Below, in pieces: positions 1-6,709 of a stretch of DNA of 20,596 nt. The notes under the pieces were generated by a model that saw nothing but the letters and a program-made list of their open reading frames with translations, made no database searches and had not been told where the DNA came from. Made by a program: the position numbers and the translations under genes. Origin of the DNA: Candidatus Hermodarchaeota archaeon (GTDB taxonomy: Archaea > Asgardarchaeota > Thorarchaeia > Thorarchaeales > Thorarchaeaceae). Within the stretch, counting starts at the first letter, position 1. Every line of letters begins with the position of its first letter. Location of the stretch: NCBI GenBank assembly GCA_048885865.1, contig JBHLLF010000010.1, positions 62,915 through 83,510 of the forward strand. The letters are read 5' to 3'.

Positions 1-1806
1 GGCAAGTCATTGGAGGAGCAAATCAATTCCTTATTGCCTACCTGTTTGGAAAAGACGCTTAGTAAAAGATCTAAGAAAAAGGAGTATATGGCTGAAAAGA
101 GAGAATCGTTAGTTTATTTCCTTAGTCGACTTGCTATGGATTCCATGCCTAGCCTGAGAGGTTGGCCACTAGTTCCGACTGGTCTCAGCGGTCTGTCAGC
201 TGCGCTCTTTACTCTTCATTTCATTTCCCGAGCCGCTCGCACTCAAATTCCATGGTTAGTCTTGATTTGGAAATATGAGATTGAGAGGTATCGAACTGAG
301 CTCTTGCATGACCTCTTGGGGTCACTTACACACCAGATTACTGTGAGAGAAGCAAGAGCAAAGATTGAACAGATGAGTAAAGAAATCAGAAAGGATTTGG
401 GGGCTAGAGATACTATCGTGGTGTGGGCTCATGAATGGGAAGATCGACTCAAAGAGTTTAGTCCCAAAATGAAGCTTGTAGATTGCGAAGTCACCGAGGA
501 AAAGAGCCAGAATACTCCTGAAGATGAATTGGAAGACGAGTCTGGTGATGAGATCTCAGACCTGAGGAGGAAATTGAGAGAAGAAATCGAACTCAGGATT
601 CCAAGAAGCGGAGCTGCTCAGACACCCCAGACACCATTGCCTCGTAGTATTTGGGCTCAGCTAAGCATAGCATCAGACAGTCCACTTCCTTACATGTTCC
701 AAGAGCTTCTGAGCTCTCTCAGGGCTGATCTGAATGTAATGCGCTTTCGACAATTGGTGAACCTGTGTGAGTATCTGTCAGATATTGAAAAGCCAGGAAG
801 ACCAAGTAGAAGAGAAATCGCAGACACATCAGATGTTGGAGTCAGATCTGCCAAAGTGCAATCGATTGGATTGACTCTCACAGAGAGATATATTCCTTCA
901 TGGATGGATATGGGACTGAGAAGTCGATACATCTTCACAAGATTGCAGAAGTTAGCATTGGACTCACCTGGGTTGGCAGAACGAATATTCATTTCGGAAT
1001 CCGACATGTATCAGGTTGCTACAAGACACGTGGAACCAATAGCATCACATGGACCTCAAGGTAGTGACTTGCCAGATGATTCCTACCACCTAACGGTTGA
1101 CACAGATCTGGTTACAATGCGCATGGATCTGTTTGACAACGAGCTTGGAGAATGGAGAGAATGGGTGAAGGAATCCTCCACTCAGGATAATGATGTAGCA
1201 AAACCATCTGGAAAAGATGTCATATCAAGTCGAGAAGCCAAGAAGACCAAGCAATGGCTATTCAGAAAGACTTCATCAAGTGTCAAAGAATATATGATGC
1301 CTACTCAGCGAGAGATAGACCTTCTCAGTTTGATAGGAAGTGTCACCGCTAATGCAAAGGGGATGAGGTGGCTTCTCAAATCCGTCAAGTTTCCATCGAG
1401 GACAGCCGAACATCTCCTCTCGAAACTACTTAGCACCGAACGACTTAGACTCCTTTATCATCCAACTCTTAACTATGCAGGCCTTCCGGAGGGTCTTCTT
1501 GTTGCGGCTGAATTCAAGGCTGTGAAGCAACTCAATAGATTCATTGAACGGCTAGCCGCCTTCTTTCCATTCGTGCATAGTCAATTCAGCACAACTGAGA
1601 AGAGCGTTGTTTCGCGAGTGCGAGTCCCCAGATTCTCAAATGCTGGAGTTTTCATTAAAGAAGAACTGCAGGACGAGGGAGCGCTAAGAGCCATTGGCAC
1701 AATCACACATAATCGAACCTACCACATGTCAGTTCTGCACAGGCTCTATCAGTCAAAGAGCAAACCTTGGAGAGATCCGTGGGTTCACTCAGAGCCATTG
1801 CTCTAG
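1..1806 (+). CDS. Large hypothetical protein, probably 5'-truncated, with two Lrp/AsnC-like HTH modules in its C-terminal half (putative regulator)
   Basis: Frame 1 is open from base 1 (GGC AAG TCA TTG...), so the true start may lie upstream. HTH-like PSRREIADTSDVGVRSA is followed by YIPSWMDMGLRSRYIF. A second unit PTQREIDLLSLIG...FPSRTAEHLLSKLL...LLYHPTLNYAGLPEGLLV follows the Lrp/AsnC HTH-linker-RAM pattern. Overlaps the convergent FEN1-like gene by 18 nt. Confidence 0.6.
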   Translation, partial: GKSLEEQINSLLPTCLEKTLSKRSKKKEYMAEKRESLVYFLSRLAMDSMPSLRGWPLVPTGLSGLSAALFTLHFISRAARTQIPWLVLIWKYEIERYRTELLHDLLGSLTHQITVREARAKIEQMSKEIRKDLGARDTIVVWAHEWEDRLKEFSPKMKLVDCEVTEEKSQNTPEDELEDESGDEISDLRRKLREEIELRIPRSGAAQTPQTPLPRSIWAQLSIASDSPLPYMFQELLSSLRADLNVMRFRQLVNLCEYLSDIEKPGRPSRREIADTSDVGVRSAKVQSIGLTLTERYIPSWMDMGLRSRYIFTRLQKLALDSPGLAERIFISESDMYQVATRHVEPIASHGPQGSDLPDDSYHLTVDTDLVTMRMDLFDNELGEWREWVKESSTQDNDVAKPSGKDVISSREAKKTKQWLFRKTSSSVKEYMMPTQREIDLLSLIGSVTANAKGMRWLLKSVKFPSRTAEHLLSKLLSTERLRLLYHPTLNYAGLPEGLLVAAEFKAVKQLNRFIERLAAFFPFVHSQFSTTEKSVVSRVRVPRFSNAGVFIKEELQDEGALRAIGTITHNRTYHMSVLHRLYQSKSKPWRDPWVHSEPLL

Positions 1807-2781
1807 AGTCTCTTGATGTGTACCGAATTTTCTCCATAATCCAACGAACTGACGTGTAATCTCTTCTGCACGATCTTCCGCCATAAACATAGTCAGCATC
1901 CCCGTAAGCTTCGAAACTAGTGGGGGATTTAGATCGAGGAAAAGTCCATTTGTAGAAATGTAGCTAGCCTCATCGAATGCCTCCCTACCATCCATAAACT
2001 CCCTACGTTCAATTGGGTTATACCCTCGTGCCTTGAGCAGTGCTTCCAGCTCTTCATGTCGCTGAAGGAGAATTATCCCCTTTCTTGGACCGATGCCTTT
2101 CACTCCTTGCCTGTGAAAATCGCATCCACATACTATAGCGAGGTCTCTCAGTTGCTCAAGATCAAGTCCAGTTGTGCTTTCCAAATCAGCAAGTGTGGCC
2201 CTGTTTATCAGTCCTTTTGACAGCTGCAATTGCTTTGTCACATGTGGACTCCCAAATAGAAGAGCATCTGAATCATTTGAAACGACTGTATTAACTAACC
2301 CGTCCCTGCATAGCACGGCAGAAAACATCTCAGCCTCTGATGGCGCTGAGATTGCAGGCACACCTAGAACGCGTGCGAGTTCGCGTGTGTGTTCGATAGC
2401 AAAGAACATTCTGAGAGACGGACTCTTCCGCAGTGGACTGGCTATCTCCTCATCGTACGGATCCCGAGTTTCTTTGAATTGTCTGTAGAAGGATTGTGCA
2501 GTGAGAATGAGTTCAGGATTTGGAGACCTCTTCGTACGCTCTGGCGGACCATCAAAAATGAGGACTGGGAGTAATGCGTTCTTCAGACACATTCTTACTA
2601 AGCTCAGAGTCATTCCAGCGTGATAAAGGGGAATTCTGCCGCTATCTCGTTTTGATGAAGGAATGACACTCACACGACGTGTCAGATAATTGGGCATGTC
2701 TATCGCGATATTGCCGGGTGTCACCTCATTCACATCGACCCATGCCCACGGGACCAGATTGTTCCAACCTGTCACACCCAT
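1789..2781 (-). CDS. FEN1/XPG-family structure-specific 5' nuclease (divergent FEN1 paralog) with C-terminal PIP box
   Basis: Family-typical N-terminus MGVTGW (ATG 2781, GGTGA SD upstream). Acidic active-site motifs IAID, IFDG, SEAE, SNDSD, GCDF. H2TH motif GVKGIGPRKG. C-terminal QETLEQWL. Confidence 0.9.
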   Translation of the reverse strand: MGVTGWNNLVPWAWVDVNEVTPGNIAIDMPNYLTRRVSVIPSSKRDSGRIPLYHAGMTLSLVRMCLKNALLPVLIFDGPPERTKRSPNPELILTAQSFYRQFKETRDPYDEEIASPLRKSPSLRMFFAIEHTRELARVLGVPAISAPSEAEMFSAVLCRDGLVNTVVSNDSDALLFGSPHVTKQLQLSKGLINRATLADLESTTGLDLEQLRDLAIVCGCDFHRQGVKGIGPRKGIILLQRHEELEALLKARGYNPIERREFMDGREAFDEASYISTNGLFLDLNPPLVSKLTGMLTMFMAEDRAEEITRQFVGLWRKFGTHQETLEQWL

Positions 2782-2792
2782 AAGAATCACCA

Positions 2793-3518
2793 CTATCTGA
2801 AGGTACGCAGGCCCTTCTTTCCTTCCACTAGAATCAATGCCTGTGATTCAGAACCTATTGTGCTGCGCTCGACCAACACACGAATCAGATTCTTCCCAAC
2901 GTCCAGTCGATCAACTCTTACCACAGAGTCAACAGCATGAGCAAGAACATTTCCACCAATGGGTATAGGTCGACCCGAATTCCAGCTTCTAGAAGAGTGA
3001 TCTGTCATTAAAAGATGAGTTCCAATCTCATTCACTAGTTCCCTTAAGACCTCAAGACAATGAAAGAGCTCTCTTTGCCTCCCTGAACTTCCTGGAGCTC
3101 CAGAAAGATTGAGAACTCCTGTTAGACTGTCCAGCACTATTACAGATACAGAACTCAAGTTTGGAATGCTTCTACTGAGATCCTCCAGGTCTGAAAGACT
3201 CAATACATTCCCGACAATTACACGGCCCAGTATCTTTGACACCTTTTTCTTTGAATTGCACATTGCTCGAGCTAGAGTGGGACTGTAATTCGAGCCCGAG
3301 TCAATATAGACCGCAAATCCCTCATCTAGTTCAGCTGCGGCAATTGCTATGGCGTGGGCGAGAGTCGTAAGGGGAGATCGCTCAGGGCCATGAAGAAGAC
3401 TTAGTTGTTCGGGTGCGAGAATGGTTCCTAGCAAGTCGTCAAGTTGCTTCGGGGCAAGCGATATTGCGGATTGTGAATTGATATCTAGTGAATCAAGTGG
3501 AGTTCGCAAAGGTGTCAT
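2793..3518 (-). CDS. RecA/RadA-fold paralog with degenerate Walker A (probably ATPase-dead)
   Basis: LHGPERSPLTT at the P-loop position (no GK), VYIDSG, Walker B IVLDSLTG, RadA-type PIGGNVLAHAVD. Start ATG 3518 (or TTG 3509) after AGGAGG; the start is uncertain. Confidence 0.8.
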   Translation of the reverse strand: MTPLRTPLDSLDINSQSAISLAPKQLDDLLGTILAPEQLSLLHGPERSPLTTLAHAIAIAAAELDEGFAVYIDSGSNYSPTLARAMCNSKKKVSKILGRVIVGNVLSLSDLEDLSRSIPNLSSVSVIVLDSLTGVLNLSGAPGSSGRQRELFHCLEVLRELVNEIGTHLLMTDHSSRSWNSGRPIPIGGNVLAHAVDSVVRVDRLDVGKNLIRVLVERSTIGSESQALILVEGKKGLRTFR

Positions 3519-4440
3519 TGGCCTCCTTAAGATTAGTATATCTGTGAAGCAATAGTGCATTGACAAGTTCTCTTTCAGGAACTCTTTGAGAGATTAGACC
3601 TGGTGCTGCTGATTCAGGATAGATGACTCTTGGACCGGTTCTACTAGGGAAAACAAACATGCGTGAAGGAGGATTCCGTATTAGGTGATTAACAGTATCC
3701 TGATCAGTAGCCAAACAATATTCTGCCATCGAAAGGCCATGTTTCTCATCAATAAGAGGGACCTTGAGTATTGCCTCCCGCAAGAGTGGTGACGCATCAT
3801 TCTTTATTGCAACGCTTGCTCTCAAGAGAGTATCTCGAATCTGATTCAAACTTGCCCTCTCAGACTTTATTTCAATGAAGAGGACGTCGCATTCATTGAA
3901 GTGAGTCAATGAAATTGGTAGAAGTGGTCGATCTCTCATCAGCATGATAACATTCTCTCGGCTTTCAGGCGGGAGTAGTGCAATATGATCTGAAACTTGC
4001 TTGCTTATCGAAAGCTCAGGGGTTCCTGGGTTTCGGCTCAGCCAAGATATTGTCGAGTCTGGGGACAAAGTTGCCATCCATTCTTTCAGGTTGCTTGAAT
4101 CATACATTACTGAACATACAATAATCGTAAGTGCAGCACCCAAGAGGGATGGAACCATCCCATAGGGCAATAGTCCAACGAACGCTACCACTGCAAGATA
4201 TCCTGAGGCTGCATAGGCGAGTATTCCTAAAATCGCTGATAGTGCATGTTTGGCCAATAGTCGTTTCAACTGAATCAACGCCGCTGTTGTGCCAATGGCA
4301 ATAATCAGTGGAATGATATTCCCATTTCTGAAGGAAATAACCACAAGTGCCACTGATGAGAGTAATTGGGCACCACCCGCCAAAGCCATTGCTCCTGCTA
4401 TCGCCAAACCGATAATCTTCAAGATTCCTCTTCCAAGCAA
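3493..4440 (-). CDS. Membrane protein of unknown function (about 4 N-terminal TM helices plus soluble C-terminal domain)
   Basis: Hydrophobic segments IIGLAIAGAMALAGGAQLLSSVALVVISF, IIPLIIAIGTTAALI, ALSAILGILAYAASGYLAVVAFVGLL, MVPSLLGAALTIIVCSVM. Start reassigned to TTG 4440 after GAGGAGTGGT (alternative TTG 4422 overlapping the upstream TGA). Confidence 0.75.
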   Translation of the reverse strand: MLGRGILKIIGLAIAGAMALAGGAQLLSSVALVVISFRNGNIIPLIIAIGTTAALIQLKRLLAKHALSAILGILAYAASGYLAVVAFVGLLPYGMVPSLLGAALTIIVCSVMYDSSNLKEWMATLSPDSTISWLSRNPGTPELSISKQVSDHIALLPPESRENVIMLMRDRPLLPISLTHFNECDVLFIEIKSERASLNQIRDTLLRASVAIKNDASPLLREAILKVPLIDEKHGLSMAEYCLATDQDTVNHLIRNPPSRMFVFPSRTGPRVIYPESAAPGLISQRVPERELVNALLLHRYTNLKEANDTFANST

Positions 4441-5105
4441 TTCGTGACCACTCCTCGGCGATATGAAAGAGAGAGATGGCAAGCTCCGTCTTTTAGGACC
4501 TTGAGCTGCGCGATTTTGCGACCATAGCCATTCTCCACAATTGACACAGACGACACTTTGCTGGAAAAATCTCTGCAAACCTTGACAGTGATATCTGCCC
4601 ATTTTGCTATTTCATTAGAAAACACTGGATGATTGCCAATCTCAGGAAGAAATCTCATTTCACTTACAACAATGACATCTATGCCTCTTTCCCAGCATAA
4701 TGCTCCTAGTATGGGCAGCGCCTCTTCAATTAGCGCCTGCCCCCAAAGGATGGGATCAGTTCTTGACATGTCAAGCACCCTTGTAATAGGGTCAATGACA
4801 ATTAGAGAGGTGTCTGGTGCTATCGTCTTGGGCAAGCTTAACATAGCATCCAGTGTCTGCTTGTGACCTTTTGTCATCATAACAGACACATTAGTCTCTA
4901 GTCCCCTGAGATGCTTGACTGTTGCCTTCAGATGAGGTATGAACCGTTTCTTTGAGTCAGCATTTATCCACTCTACATGAGATGTACGAGATGCATCTGC
5001 TGCGATAGTCGCCGCTAGCAAAGTCTTGCCGGATCCTGCAGTTCCTGTGACATGGATAAAACCTCCGAGCTCCAATGATGCGCGAAGGCTGTATTCACTA
5101 CCCAG
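4419..5105 (-). CDS. RadB-like RecA-fold ATPase (RadA paralog lacking the N-terminal HhH domain)
   Basis: Intact Walker A TGTAGSGKT, WINADS in place of YIDTE, Walker B LIVIDPIT, late motif HPVFSNEIAKWAD. Start uncertain: CTG 5105 with GGAGG 9 nt upstream, TTG 5075, or ATG 5171. Confidence 0.8.
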   Translation of the reverse strand: MGSEYSLRASLELGGFIHVTGTAGSGKTLLAATIAADASRTSHVEWINADSKKRFIPHLKATVKHLRGLETNVSVMMTKGHKQTLDAMLSLPKTIAPDTSLIVIDPITRVLDMSRTDPILWGQALIEEALPILGALCWERGIDVIVVSEMRFLPEIGNHPVFSNEIAKWADITVKVCRDFSSKVSSVSIVENGYGRKIAQLKVLKDGACHLSLSYRRGVVTNCLEEES

Positions 5106-6708
5106 AAGAGCTTCCCTCCTCAAAGTCGAATAGAGAAGCCTGAACAATCTTTGATGGCTCTTTACCTGCATTGCTCGCAGAAACAATATCTGCCCCAGTA
5201 GGAATCTCTTCCTCGGGGGTGGATTCATCTATTGTTTGAGCTTCTATTATTGGGATTTCATCAACTTGAGATTTCAGTGATGAGCGTAACATGGCATCGA
5301 GGAGATTTTGGTCAAGCTCCTCCTCGTTTGATGAATCGTCTTCTTCTGGTTTTTCGGGCGTTGCTGTTCTTGATGGAAGTTCTGCATGGAACTCGTCAGG
5401 TTCAGCTAATGATTTATCGATGGCGTCAATCGTCCTCTTCATTGCTCGATTGTTAATCTTATCATCAATCATGTCCTTTATGTCAGGTCGAAGCGCTCCA
5501 GCATTGTAAAGTGCATAACTCAGGCTACCCACATGCTGTATCATATCCTCGAAACTGAGAGGCGATGTGATGTGAGCTGTGAGCGCAACATATGATAACG
5601 CAAGTGATTCCTTTTCCGCCTGAACTCCAAGAGCATCGAATAGGCCAAGGAACCGGGCTAGACCCTCATCTCCAGCTCCTGCGGAGTTCTTTTCCTGAAT
5701 CCGGAGTGGAGCCAGTCTTACACATTCATCCAAAATTATGCAAGCAGTTTCTATAGATTCTTGAAGAGAGCCAGCTTCGATAGTGTTTGCGAGACTTGCC
5801 ATAAGGGGTGATACAACAAAGCTGATGTCCCCTAGTAGGCGAAGATTATCCTCGTTTGACTCTATGGATTGCTGAATTCTCGTTGAATCCCCGAGGGTTG
5901 AAAGCACTGCATCTTCTTCTCGTATTGCATTCTCAAATTCCTTCAAATTACTATTGGAACTAGAAAGCAGCCATAGACCTGACAGTAGTGACACTACCAC
6001 TGTAAGTACTGACGGGAGAGTTGAGCCCTGTGTTGAAAGCTGGGTAATGACTGTAGAACCAACAGCAATTAGACTCGCAGTCAAAGCCAATACTCCAAGC
6101 CATCCTCTCTTTATGCTACGCTCCAAAGAAGACCACTTCTTTTGACGCACTGCATGTTTGAGTTCAGGCAAGACTGATCGTGCATCACTTCTTCGCACAA
6201 GAGCAAATTCCTCAATGGTCACTACTCTTCCTGAATCAGTTAACCAAGACAAATCCGTGGTGGGCTTCACATTCCTAGTCACAACATAGACTGTTCTAGT
6301 TGGATGAATCAGTGAAGCCTCCCTACCTTTGCTTCCTCGTAGCAGATGCAATGACACAGTATTAAGGGGAGTCTTCAGCTCCTTTCGTTCGAGATAATCT
6401 CCCAGTCCAACATCATACAAGACAGTTTCGAACTCTCGATTGACGCTCTCCAGGAGTGCGGCTCTCATGGCCAGTCCGCTTTTGCCGAAGCGAGCCGTCC
6501 TTAGGTCCAGAACATGAACAATTTCTATATGGACTCCTCGGGTTCCAGGGATAGACTCCAAACGAACCGCACTAACCAGCCCGTTTGGATATTCACAAGT
6601 AAAGTGGCCAGTGGCTTTCAGAGCGCCAATAAGATCACCACTTGGTTTCTCAATCTCATCCCCAACACCCACATCGGGTCGTGGACCTTCGCGGCTTGAT
6701 ATAGCCAT
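5098..6708 (-). CDS. Membrane protein (2 central TM helices, helical domain, acidic low-complexity linker, terminal PIP-like motif)
   Basis: ATG 6708 with GGAGGTG SD. TM hairpin GWLGVLALTASLIAVGSTVI / LPSVLTVVVSLLSGLWLLS. Acidic tail (PEKPEEDDSSNEEELD...) ending QASLFDFEEGSSSG. Confidence 0.8.
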   Translation of the reverse strand: MAISSREGPRPDVGVGDEIEKPSGDLIGALKATGHFTCEYPNGLVSAVRLESIPGTRGVHIEIVHVLDLRTARFGKSGLAMRAALLESVNREFETVLYDVGLGDYLERKELKTPLNTVSLHLLRGSKGREASLIHPTRTVYVVTRNVKPTTDLSWLTDSGRVVTIEEFALVRRSDARSVLPELKHAVRQKKWSSLERSIKRGWLGVLALTASLIAVGSTVITQLSTQGSTLPSVLTVVVSLLSGLWLLSSSNSNLKEFENAIREEDAVLSTLGDSTRIQQSIESNEDNLRLLGDISFVVSPLMASLANTIEAGSLQESIETACIILDECVRLAPLRIQEKNSAGAGDEGLARFLGLFDALGVQAEKESLALSYVALTAHITSPLSFEDMIQHVGSLSYALYNAGALRPDIKDMIDDKINNRAMKRTIDAIDKSLAEPDEFHAELPSRTATPEKPEEDDSSNEEELDQNLLDAMLRSSLKSQVDEIPIIEAQTIDESTPEEEIPTGADIVSASNAGKEPSKIVQASLFDFEEGSSSG

Positions 6709-6709
6709 T

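Noticed and set aside
4441-4602. N-terminal extension with CVNC on the 369-aa ORF
   Set aside because: Overlaps the RadB-like gene; an SD-supported TTG at 4440 or 4422 precedes the first TM helix.
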